Assembly (NCBI GenBank): GCA_014190575.1 | Contig: BJGQ01000014.1 | Span: 1,303-65,302 of the forward strand | Direction of reading: 5' to 3' | Length of the DNA: 64,000 nt | Source: Bacteroidota bacterium | GTDB taxonomy: Bacteria > Bacteroidota > Bacteroidia > Chitinophagales > UBA10324 | Shown: piece by piece, positions 56,402-64,000 of the stretch | How the letters are laid out: each line of letters starts with the position of its first letter | How positions within the stretch are numbered: position 1 is the stretch's first letter | Program-made: the position numbers and the translations under genes | The notes under the pieces: generated by a model | Told to the model about the DNA's origin: nothing | Seen by the model: the letters and a program-made list of their open reading frames with translations, nothing else | Databases searched by the model: none

Positions 56402-56902
56402 ATGTATCAAATTAAAAATCTCATTTTAAAATTGTCATTAACATTTTTTAGTATTCTGATTTTTTCTTGCGCAGAAAACAAGCATGTTTGCAATTCGAAA
56501 ACTCAAATCCAAACTTTAACCATGCAAAAAAAAATAATCCAAACCGACAAATCTCCAGCGCCAATTGGCCCATATAGTCAGGCTGTAATGGTGGGTAACC
56601 TACTATTTGTTTCAGGTCAAGTGGCCATCATTCCAGAATCAGGAAAAATAATTCAAGGTGATATAGCTACTGAAACTATGCAGGTTATGAATAACATTCA
56701 TGCAATTCTTGTACAAGCAGGAATGGATTTCGAAAATATTGTAAAGACAAGCATATTTTTAAAAAACATGGATGACTTTGCTAAAGTGAATGAAATTTAC
56801 GGTTCAAATTTTAGTGGCGATTTTCCAGCCCGCGAAACAGTTCAAGTTTCAAGATTACCAAAAGATGTCAATGTTGAAATTTCAGTTGTCGCTGCAAAAT
56901 AA
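56402..56902 (+). CDS. ridA: RidA/YjgF-family reactive-intermediate deaminase, possibly with lipoprotein signal
   Basis: APIGPYSQAV..GNLLFVSGQ...ARETVQVSRLPKDVNVEI. The longest ORF adds 40 aa containing LIFSCAENK (a lipobox). An alternative ATG at 56522 gives a canonical 126-aa protein. Confidence 0.8.
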   Translation: MYQIKNLILKLSLTFFSILIFSCAENKHVCNSKTQIQTLTMQKKIIQTDKSPAPIGPYSQAVMVGNLLFVSGQVAIIPESGKIIQGDIATETMQVMNNIHAILVQAGMDFENIVKTSIFLKNMDDFAKVNEIYGSNFSGDFPARETVQVSRLPKDVNVEISVVAAK

Positions 56903-56905
56903 ATT

Positions 56906-57781
56906 TTACTTAGAACGACGAACAAGGTAAACGCCAAAAAGAATTATTGCCAATGCGAAGAAATCAATCAACCCGATTGGTTCTCCGTCAGCAACTCCCC
57001 AACCGAGCGCAACCAGTGGCATAAAATAAGTTACAGTACTTCCGAATAATGCGCCGGTGGTTTGTATTAAATAATTGTACATAACCAATGCAATTGAAGT
57101 TCCGAAAGCACCAAGTATCATGCAACTGCTCAATGAATACATAGCTCCTTCAGTGAGCAATCGTTGAGTGAAATCAGTAGTCATTAACCAGCCAAATGCA
57201 AAAGGGCCCATGAATGCCATCGCAGTTGCTGTCATTAAAATGGGATTACAACCTTGCAGGTATTTTGTAATAATGTTATTGCTGAGGCCGTATAAAGCAG
57301 TTGCAATAATTATCAATGTTGCATAATAAATATTTGATTCAGTACCTCCTTCGTTATTAAAAAGTATTAGCATAACTGAACCGCCAAAGCCAACCAATAT
57401 CCCAATTATCTTCAGTGCGTTGGATTTCATTTTAAAAAATAGCAATCCAATAAATAAAACGAACAAAGGAGTTAATGCATTTAAAATTCCAGCAAGCGAA
57501 CTGCTTACCTGTGTTTCGGCTTCAGTAAATAAAAATGCCGGAATACCACTTCCGGTTAAGCCCATCAATATCATGTAAACAACTTTCTTCCTGTCAATTT
57601 CTCTGAATCGAATTAATAAAAACGGAAGTAATACCAGACACGCAGTTGAAATTCTGATGGCAGCAACTTGTGCCGATGAGAAAACGAGCAAACCTTTTTT
57701 CATCAATATAAAACTGCTTCCCCAAATCAGTACAAGAACTATATAAATGAAGAGATGATATGGGGATAATTTTTTTGTCAT
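56906..57781 (-). CDS. EamA/DMT-family transporter
   Basis: Ten hydrophobic helices with two EamA-like halves. The protein is 291 aa. Confidence 0.8.
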   Translation of the reverse strand: MTKKLSPYHLFIYIVLVLIWGSSFILMKKGLLVFSSAQVAAIRISTACLVLLPFLLIRFREIDRKKVVYMILMGLTGSGIPAFLFTEAETQVSSSLAGILNALTPLFVLFIGLLFFKMKSNALKIIGILVGFGGSVMLILFNNEGGTESNIYYATLIIIATALYGLSNNIITKYLQGCNPILMTATAMAFMGPFAFGWLMTTDFTQRLLTEGAMYSLSSCMILGAFGTSIALVMYNYLIQTTGALFGSTVTYFMPLVALGWGVADGEPIGLIDFFALAIILFGVYLVRRSK

Positions 57782-57869
57782 TGATGCAAATATTGATTAA
57801 CCAAAATTGCTTTGTCGAAATAGTAATCGACAAGGAAATTTTAAATTGGCTTACAGAAAATAATATTTC

Positions 57870-59135
57870 CTACTGCTTCACAAATTTTTCTGTAATGCAA
57901 TCTTTTCCGTTTTGAAACCGCACGAGATAAATTCCCGAACTCATCAAGGAAACATCAAATGATTGCTGATGAATTGAATTTCCAGAAACATAATTTATAG
58001 TTTGTAATTGCTGACCTGATAAACTGTAAATGGAAAGTGTGCAATTTGCATTTTCAGTTGTTGCTGTTACAATCATCATCTCATTTCCCTGAACAGGATT
58101 CGGAAAAATTTTAATTGACGAACTGTTTTCTGAAAGCGAAGCAGTTTCAGTTTTAGGAGCAGTGCCGGGAGTGGAGAGCCACTTCACTGCATTCACTAAT
58201 AATTTTTCGTGCGAACCACCAACTGCCGAATGAAAGGACGAATACAATGCATCATTCGTATCACCGGTGCCATCATCAGCAGGAGAACTGTCGCCGAGAC
58301 CACAAACTTTTCCACTCATGTAATTACTTGCGCAAAACATAACCTGTGTGTTGCCGGTATTTGATGCACCGGTTTTATAAACCAAACCTTTCACTGTGCT
58401 GTTGTTCGCTGTGTTGAGCATGATACTTGTTCCGTTGTTGAACTGAACAGATGTAACATTTCCAAAACTTCCATGCAAAATCGGATCGGTTGGCAGATTC
58501 GGAATGTTCGAAGTGGTTTGCGAAAAATTCTGCAGATCGAAAACAAAACCAAAAGCATTATTCTGAATCGTGTTGTTGGTGATTAAATCATTCCAGATGG
58601 CAGGTGAATCCCAACCATCATTGTTTCTGTCACTAACTGTGTGATCCGAAATCATCAGTAAGCCGCCACCGTTTTTTACAAAATTCATAATCGCAGTTTT
58701 TTCACTTGTTGTAAAACGAATATTTGGTTCATCCACAATAAAAACTTTGTAGTTTGCCAAATCTTGGGTGTTGGATGTTACACCATAAGTGATCAAACCA
58801 TTGTATGGAAGTGTTTCAACACCAAAACCCTGCTTCACTAAATCAATGGCGAAATAAGAAAGCGCACCTTTCCAATATGTTTCGGAAGTTAATGATGTGA
58901 TATTACTTTGGGCAGGTGTTGGATTTCGCTGTGGGTTCGATTCATTACCTGAACCAACAACCATTGCACCCCCGCTACCTGTTCCGATATTAAATAAATC
59001 AGCATCCATTACCCAATCTGCATTGCCCGCCATCTCTGCCGATGAGGCATCGAATAATACTTTAATGGTTTGTGCCTTTATCTGCGCGGTGAAAACTGTT
59101 ACACTTAAACCAATTGAAAAAAGAATTTTGTTCAT
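57870..59135 (-). CDS. secreted protein of unknown function with T9SS C-terminal sorting domain
   Basis: Signal peptide ..IKAQ and a ~300-aa N-domain (..KVFIVDEPNIRFTTSEKTAIMNFVKNGGGLLMISDH..). The C-terminus reads IKIFPNPVQGNEMMIV...GIYLVRF. Confidence 0.65.
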   Translation of the reverse strand: MNKILFSIGLSVTVFTAQIKAQTIKVLFDASSAEMAGNADWVMDADLFNIGTGSGGAMVVGSGNESNPQRNPTPAQSNITSLTSETYWKGALSYFAIDLVKQGFGVETLPYNGLITYGVTSNTQDLANYKVFIVDEPNIRFTTSEKTAIMNFVKNGGGLLMISDHTVSDRNNDGWDSPAIWNDLITNNTIQNNAFGFVFDLQNFSQTTSNIPNLPTDPILHGSFGNVTSVQFNNGTSIMLNTANNSTVKGLVYKTGASNTGNTQVMFCASNYMSGKVCGLGDSSPADDGTGDTNDALYSSFHSAVGGSHEKLLVNAVKWLSTPGTAPKTETASLSENSSSIKIFPNPVQGNEMMIVTATTENANCTLSIYSLSGQQLQTINYVSGNSIHQQSFDVSLMSSGIYLVRFQNGKDCITEKFVKQ

Positions 59136-59272
59136 GGTATTTTTTTATCCGAATCAAAAATAGAATTGCTTTTGATGAATTGAAGTTTCTAAAAGGTATT
59201 GTGTCAACTATTTTATTTAAGGTAAATCTGTTTGTTATTTCTTTCCTTAAAAATCTCATGAAATTTCATTCA

Positions 59273-59303
59273 CAAAAAAAAGAGGAGGCCGAAGCACTCC
59301 TCT
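59273..59303 (-). terminator. Rho-independent terminator of the 59362..60108 gene
   Basis: AGAGGAG-GCCGAAGCA-CTCCTCT at 59281-59303, followed on the minus strand by a run of eight T. Confidence 0.8.
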
Positions 59304-59361
59304 GATAAAATAAAATTGTAAAAACCTACCTTTTAAAATTGACTTTTATTTTCTGATTCAA

Positions 59362-60108
59362 TTACTGCAAAACTATTTTCTTATAAAGGTTCATATAATT
59401 CATAACTACCTGCACCAGGTAAACTCCCTTTGAAAGAAAATCCAGATGCAGATTCATTTCATTTTCTCCTGCTACAGCATTTGCACTTTGCTTGTAAACC
59501 ATTTTACCATTCACATCTGAAACGATTAAATCATAAGACTGATTGCGGACAGCATTGAAACGCATCTGAGTTAATCCTTCTGAAGGGTTGGGATAAAATT
59601 CAATAGATGAATTTTTATTTTCTGCTTCGTATATGCCATTTGGTGCATGAATACATTCCGTTATTTTAACAGAGCAGACATCGCCATTCAGATAAACCAA
59701 AACATTGTTTAAATCATCTTTACAAAATTGTCCTGATAAAATAGTAAAGCGGATTTTTACCAGCGGAGTATTATTCGCGAAACTTGTGATACTGAAAGAA
59801 GTGAAGTAAACAGTTGAATCGGTCATGTTGTAATTCGAAGTAATCGATAAATAACTTGCCAGCTTCAGAATGGTATCGTACGAAAAATTTGCCTGATTGT
59901 ATTTGAAAGAAAAATCAAGTGCATTTATAGTATCACCCGATAAAAAGTAAACAGGAAATTCAACAAAACCGACACCGGAATCAGCGTGCGCAATATCAAA
60001 AACAACAGTATCCTGCGCATCAATAATGCTCATGTCATTTGGTGATTGGGCAAATGAAATAAAAGAAGAAAAAATTATGGCAACTATCAGTACAATCTGT
60101 TTTTTCAT
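59362..60108 (-). CDS. secreted cohesin-like module protein with T9SS C-terminal sorting domain
   Basis: Signal peptide ..SFAQ. The module VGFVEFPVYFLSGDTINALDFSFKYNQANFSYDTI resembles the first strands of cohesins (..IPVyF..g..i...DF...YD...L). The C-terminus reads IEFYPNPSEGLTQMRF...GVYLVQV. Confidence 0.55.
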   Translation of the reverse strand: MKKQIVLIVAIIFSSFISFAQSPNDMSIIDAQDTVVFDIAHADSGVGFVEFPVYFLSGDTINALDFSFKYNQANFSYDTILKLASYLSITSNYNMTDSTVYFTSFSITSFANNTPLVKIRFTILSGQFCKDDLNNVLVYLNGDVCSVKITECIHAPNGIYEAENKNSSIEFYPNPSEGLTQMRFNAVRNQSYDLIVSDVNGKMVYKQSANAVAGENEMNLHLDFLSKGVYLVQVVMNYMNLYKKIVLQ

Positions 60109-60121
60109 TTGATTTTAATTT

Positions 60122-60155
60122 AAAAAAACCCACCCCGAAAAGTTGGGATGGGTTT
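60122..60155 (-). terminator. Rho-independent terminator of the 60174..63311 gene
   Basis: AAACCCA(CCCC)-GAAAAGTT-(GGGA)TGGGTTT hairpin at 60126-60155, followed on the minus strand by T7. Confidence 0.7.
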
Positions 60156-60173
60156 ATAATGTTTAAGAAAAAA

Positions 60174-63100
60174 TTACTTCTGTATCACAACCTTTTTGGT
60201 TGTAACAAAATTGGTGTTAGATACCTGAAGCAGGTAAACACCATTCGCTAGATTGGCAGTATTTATCTGTAGTTTCTCATTTGCATTTACATTATCAGAT
60301 TTGAACAGCAAACTTCCATTCACGCTGAATAACTGTATAGTTGCATCTTCTGATGAAACAACATTTAAAACATCACTTGCCGGATTAGGGAAAATATTCA
60401 CATTGTAATCGGAAGCCGATTCGTCAGTGTTAATTTCCATTCCAACGCGATCTCCATTCAGATAACCTTCGAGTGAATTAAAATCAGATTTTGTAACATC
60501 ACCCTTAGTGGTAAAACGAACAGTAGCAACCGGTTTTCCCAATGAATAATTCTGCAAACTGTTTGAAGTGAAACGCAAAGTGTTATCACCTGCATTGAAA
60601 TTACCAAGTGTTTCAATGTTTTCGTCAGTACTGATAATTGAATTAAACGAAAGTTTTGATTCATTGAATTTCACTGCGAAATCCAGTGCGTTAACTGAAC
60701 CTGCTGCTGATGCATAAACCGGAACATCAATATAACCATCAACTGTAACAGCTTTGGTTAAATCTAAAACTACTTTTCCTGCTTCGTTGTCAATTTTTAA
60801 ATTACCGTTTCCTGCAGTTGAGTAATTACCATTCACATCTCCGATCAAAATGCCTTTGTAAGTTTCGGTAATAAGTGTAACACAATCACTCGAAGTATCA
60901 GCACTTAAGTTTGGCAATGGAAGACAGAAAGGAACAACCGGTACTCTGTTTTTGTAAGCGCCTACTCCATCATCGTTAGGATAAGTCAAAGAAACACGGT
61001 AAGCCAAATCATTATTCAATGTAGTTAAGTCAATGAACAACCAATCTTTTGAAAGCGGACCGGTTGAAGTTCCATTTGCATTGTAGTTCCATGCTTGTTT
61101 CATTTCTGGATTTATTAAAACTGTACGCTGATTAATTTGAGAAACATCACCTGCGCTGACAACACCATCCAGATTCACATCCATTGCAATTAACTGGAAA
61201 ATAGAAGGAGTGAAAGTTGCATCATTGATTAACACTCGTCTTGCAAGAAATGCATCAAAGCCATTAACAACCGGTTGAATACTTGTTGCCGAAGCAATGT
61301 CTTTTTTAATGGTAAGGTTTGCACCGTTGTTAGTGCTGTAAGTAAAATGACCTGTTAAATCAGGTTGAGTTGCAGTTGCTGATAAGTTAGAGCAAGTATT
61401 GTTGTTGCCATAAATATTTGTAATCAGGTATTGAGCTGCATTACCTGAGTTGTAAGGCATCGCTGCATTGTTCGACCAGAAACTTAACAGACCAACAAAT
61501 GAACTGTCTTTGTAAGTATTGTACTTACCCGCATCAGCAGCCACTTGTTGCACGCCTGTGATATAACTTTCCTGCAATGAAACAACGCTGAAGTCAGCGG
61601 TATCAATTGCAACGAAGTTTACTGTTTTGCTGAACTCAACACAGAAAATATTTCCAGTACCTGCGAAGAAAGTATTAGCAGGAGCATTGCCATTGAAGAA
61701 TAAAGAAATATTTACATTGTGATTTACCGCATCAATGCTATTGATAACATCAACATAAGCCGGGTTAATCAAATTACTTGAAACTGTTACAATACCGGTT
61801 GGTGCTACTTTGTTTGCATCATAGTGCATCACCACATCATATCCGATCACATTAGCTACCGGAGAAAAAGCATCCACCTTCATGCAAAAAATACTTGGCT
61901 CGCAAGTGTTTGTTGCATTTACAATTTTGTATGGAAGTGCATTCGGATCAGCAAGACTTATAGATATTGTGCTTGAAGTTGTTGAAGCACCATTGTTGTC
62001 GGTTACCACAGCTTTTATCTGGCGGTTGCCGAATGGTGAGCCACTTGTCCAACCGAAACTGTATGGAGAAGTATTATCAATTCCAACTGAAACATTATCT
62101 ACAAAAAATTCGACCTGAGAAACTGTACCATCCGCATCATTTGCATTGGCAGTAATATTTACAACAGCAGGTGCAACAAAAGAAGCTCCGTTTGAAGGTG
62201 AAGTAATCGAAACTGTAGGAGCAACATTGTTGCCGACAATAACTGTTACAGCAGATGAAGTTGTTTGTCCGCCATTGTTATCGGTAGCTCTTGCTTTTAA
62301 TGCATGTGTTCCCACAACAGCAGTCCAGTTAAAAGAATATGGAGAAGTGTTATCGCTTCCAACCACAACATTGTCAACCAAAAATTCAACATTGGTAACT
62401 GAGCCATCTGCATCATTTGCAGTAGCTGCAATTGCAACTGTACTTGGCAAAACAAAAGTTGCATTGTTTGCAGGTGAAGTTATACTTACAGTGGGCAAAG
62501 TATTCGGCACACCAAAAGTTCCTGTCAAACTCGGAATGGTGATTTCAGCACCCACCGGATTTGAAGAAACAAAATTTTGTACTCCTGCACTTGGAGTTCC
62601 AATCTGAAGATTTAATTCAAAATGAAAAATTCCTGTTGTTGTAAACTGACCAATCAATACACGGTTAGCAGCAGTTGGACCTGTTGCACCACCCAGTACT
62701 GCAATAGAACCATTTGATGTAGTGAAGTTTCCACCCACTTGGCTTATACCATCAAAAACACCAAGATCTCCATTTCCCGTATTGGTTAATCCAACAAAAG
62801 TGACTGATGCAGGTGATCCTGCAATCATACCATCTTGTGTGTTAATCGCAATTCCTGCTGAAGCATCGTTATTCTGAAGCATAATTGGTACTGTATTGTT
62901 AAGAAGCGCTCCGTTGCTGTCTTCTGTTTTAAGAACAGCAACATTGCCTGCAGCATTTCCTCCCATTGAAAACCAAGAGTCAACCATCACCGAATTTTTT
63001 TTGGTATTGTTTACACTAATTCCGGTTGGCGTTGTACTTCCGTAATCTTCATTGTTAAAAAAGGTAGTAGATGAAGTGATCAGTAAAGTGTGATTGGCTA

Positions 63101-63311
63101 CACCATACGCAGCTTGTAAGTTGTAACCCGGAAGAAGATCAGCATACACTCTCCATGTAACTGAACCAACCGGAAGAGCACCTATACTTCCTGTAGCATC
63201 TACACTATTTGATACATAGTATTTTTCTACTGTAATATTTTCCAACCCGTTTTGGGCATTGGCAAAAGCTGCAAGAAAAAGCAAAGCCGTGCCGAGTATT
63301 ATTTTTTTCAT
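60174..63311 (-). CDS. large secreted multi-module protein: 2 Ig-like repeats, 2 cohesin-like modules, internal dockerin-like loop, T9SS sorting domain
   Basis: Signal peptide ..ANAQ. Tandem ~91-aa repeats PTVSITSP...ANDADG.V..VEF.VDN...G.DNTSPYSF.W. Cohesin-like stretches GYDVVMHYDANKVAPTG and GYIDVPVYASAAGSVNALDFAVKFNESKLSF. Dockerin-like DVNLDGVVSAGDVSQINQ. The C-terminus reads NIFPNPASDVLNVVS...GVYLLQV. Confidence 0.6.
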   Translation of the reverse strand: MKKIILGTALLFLAAFANAQNGLENITVEKYYVSNSVDATGSIGALPVGSVTWRVYADLLPGYNLQAAYGVANHTLLITSSTTFFNNEDYGSTTPTGISVNNTKKNSVMVDSWFSMGGNAAGNVAVLKTEDSNGALLNNTVPIMLQNNDASAGIAINTQDGMIAGSPASVTFVGLTNTGNGDLGVFDGISQVGGNFTTSNGSIAVLGGATGPTAANRVLIGQFTTTGIFHFELNLQIGTPSAGVQNFVSSNPVGAEITIPSLTGTFGVPNTLPTVSITSPANNATFVLPSTVAIAATANDADGSVTNVEFLVDNVVVGSDNTSPYSFNWTAVVGTHALKARATDNNGGQTTSSAVTVIVGNNVAPTVSITSPSNGASFVAPAVVNITANANDADGTVSQVEFFVDNVSVGIDNTSPYSFGWTSGSPFGNRQIKAVVTDNNGASTTSSTISISLADPNALPYKIVNATNTCEPSIFCMKVDAFSPVANVIGYDVVMHYDANKVAPTGIVTVSSNLINPAYVDVINSIDAVNHNVNISLFFNGNAPANTFFAGTGNIFCVEFSKTVNFVAIDTADFSVVSLQESYITGVQQVAADAGKYNTYKDSSFVGLLSFWSNNAAMPYNSGNAAQYLITNIYGNNNTCSNLSATATQPDLTGHFTYSTNNGANLTIKKDIASATSIQPVVNGFDAFLARRVLINDATFTPSIFQLIAMDVNLDGVVSAGDVSQINQRTVLINPEMKQAWNYNANGTSTGPLSKDWLFIDLTTLNNDLAYRVSLTYPNDDGVGAYKNRVPVVPFCLPLPNLSADTSSDCVTLITETYKGILIGDVNGNYSTAGNGNLKIDNEAGKVVLDLTKAVTVDGYIDVPVYASAAGSVNALDFAVKFNESKLSFNSIISTDENIETLGNFNAGDNTLRFTSNSLQNYSLGKPVATVRFTTKGDVTKSDFNSLEGYLNGDRVGMEINTDESASDYNVNIFPNPASDVLNVVSSEDATIQLFSVNGSLLFKSDNVNANEKLQINTANLANGVYLLQVSNTNFVTTKKVVIQK
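61950..62498 (-). repeat. intragenic tandem duplication (2 x ~273 nt) encoding Ig-like domains
   Basis: The two protein repeats align over ~90 aa with many identities (TVSITSP, ANDADG, VEF.VDN, DNTSPYSF, TDNNG..TTSS). Confidence 0.7.
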
Positions 63312-63344
63312 TTTTATTTTAGTTTTTATTTGGGGTTTTATTTT

Positions 63345-64000
63345 TTATTGGCAAGATTGATTAAACTGACCAAGCAATTGCAAGAAGTCAACATTATTGG
63401 TGACACCATCCTGATTAATATCTGTTGGGCATGGCTGCATTCCGTTTACAGTATTCAACAAAGTATTATAGGACCATGAAGACAACCAGTTCTGACCGGT
63501 AGAGGCAAATGCGCCTCTGTATGGTGCAGTAGAAAAGAAGCCATCAACCGGAGTTGAAATAAGTGTACCTGTTAAAGCTGGATTTGGAACCGCATCAACT
63601 TTGTGTGAAATAACATTGGTGTTGTTGTTTACTGTAAATACATAATCAAAACCGGGAACAGATGAAACAGTTTTGTTATTATCAGTAGTGTAAAACTGCG
63701 CAGTGTCTGAAGAAATAACATTTGCAGAACTGCTACCAACTGTAATCGGGTTGGTGCAATTAATGAAAGTGTTACATTTTACCTTCAAGCTATTGGTTGT
63801 ATTTCCACCTGTGTTAGCCCAGTTATGATATGCTTCACTTGATACACCGTTAATTGAATTTACTCTGGTACCCATTGATTTAACCATGTTGTAACCATTT
63901 TTAAAGTTGGCGAATACTGAATTATAAATTTCTCCTTCAGTTAATTCCTTCGCATTGATACCTGCAATAGAACTGTTGTCGGCAGTAAGTGTGGTTTTGC
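63345..64000 (-). CDS. secreted protein fragment ending in a Cys-bracketed single dockerin-like repeat (5' end outside window)
   Basis: The frame is open from the listed ATG (63887) up to the window edge (..KTTLTADNSSIAGINAKELTEGEIYNSVFANFKNGYNMVKS..), so the gene starts beyond 64000. The C-terminus reads CPTDINQDGVTNNVDFLQLLGQFNQSCQ. No T9SS CTD is present. Confidence 0.6.
   Translation of the reverse strand, partial: KTTLTADNSSIAGINAKELTEGEIYNSVFANFKNGYNMVKSMGTRVNSINGVSSEAYHNWANTGGNTTNSLKVKCNTFINCTNPITVGSSSANVISSDTAQFYTTDNNKTVSSVPGFDYVFTVNNNTNVISHKVDAVPNPALTGTLISTPVDGFFSTAPYRGAFASTGQNWLSSWSYNTLLNTVNGMQPCPTDINQDGVTNNVDFLQLLGQFNQSCQ

Noticed and set aside
62146-62607. 153-aa plus-strand ORF (and 22049..22279, 42026..42223, 7559..7843) antisense to repeat-rich or low-complexity genes.
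   Set aside because: The Thr/Gly/Val/Ala-rich translation mirrors the Ig-like or low-complexity repeats on the coding strand. The minus-strand (or plus-strand, respectively) gene has a signal peptide, domain repeats and a T9SS CTD.

Overview
This is an AT-rich, Bacteroidota-type chromosomal segment that includes dnaA. The phylum call rests on four things: seven ORFs ending in the type IX secretion (T9SS) C-terminal sorting domain (..[FY]PNP.. motif about 70-80 aa from the stop), a PorP/SprF gene, TAnnTTTG -7-like boxes, and Bacteroidota-style housekeeping synteny (fur-purA, tig-clpP-clpX). I call about 57 protein-coding genes (2 run off the window edges), 4 tRNAs (Leu-TAG, Ser-GGA, Pro-TGG, Ser-GCT), one tRNA-like fragment, one decayed GIY-YIG gene, several Rho-independent terminators and several intergenic repeat or palindrome elements. 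I saw no rRNA, CRISPR array, transposase, integrase or prophage block. Most of the window is ordinary core genome: ftsE, two glycosyltransferases, recQ, slyD, pabB, purA, fur, relA/spoT, tig, clpP, clpX, dnaA, rbfA, upp, a methylmalonyl-CoA mutase catalytic subunit, kynA and an MsbA-like ABC exporter. Observations most worth follow-up, all hypotheses from reading the sequence by eye: (1) 59.4-64.0 kb holds T9SS-anchored proteins with cohesin-like modules next to a protein ending in a single Cys-bracketed dockerin-like loop, possibly a surface assembly system. (2) 35.75-37.8 kb is a 2-kb accessory islet (REP-like hairpin, PIN toxin-antitoxin pair, AAA_14/DUF4143 ATPase) in which the ATPase gene is bracketed by two copies of one ~40-bp palindromic element. 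(3) 29.52-29.99 kb has a 53-nt exact duplication of the tRNA-Pro 3' end plus its terminator, flanking a decayed GIY-YIG gene. (4) 15.0-15.8 kb encodes a HisKA_3-type kinase whose phospho-acceptor His is Asn, paired with an intact LuxR-type response regulator. (5) 20.43-20.91 kb is a 476-bp structured non-coding gap between convergent genes. (6) 40.7-43.9 kb encodes a phage-tail-fibre-like protein with a C-terminal S74 intramolecular-chaperone domain outside any phage context. (7) 22.75-22.95 kb shows that a T9SS adhesin gene is 5'-truncated. All domain calls are motif recognition by eye and need HMM or structure confirmation.
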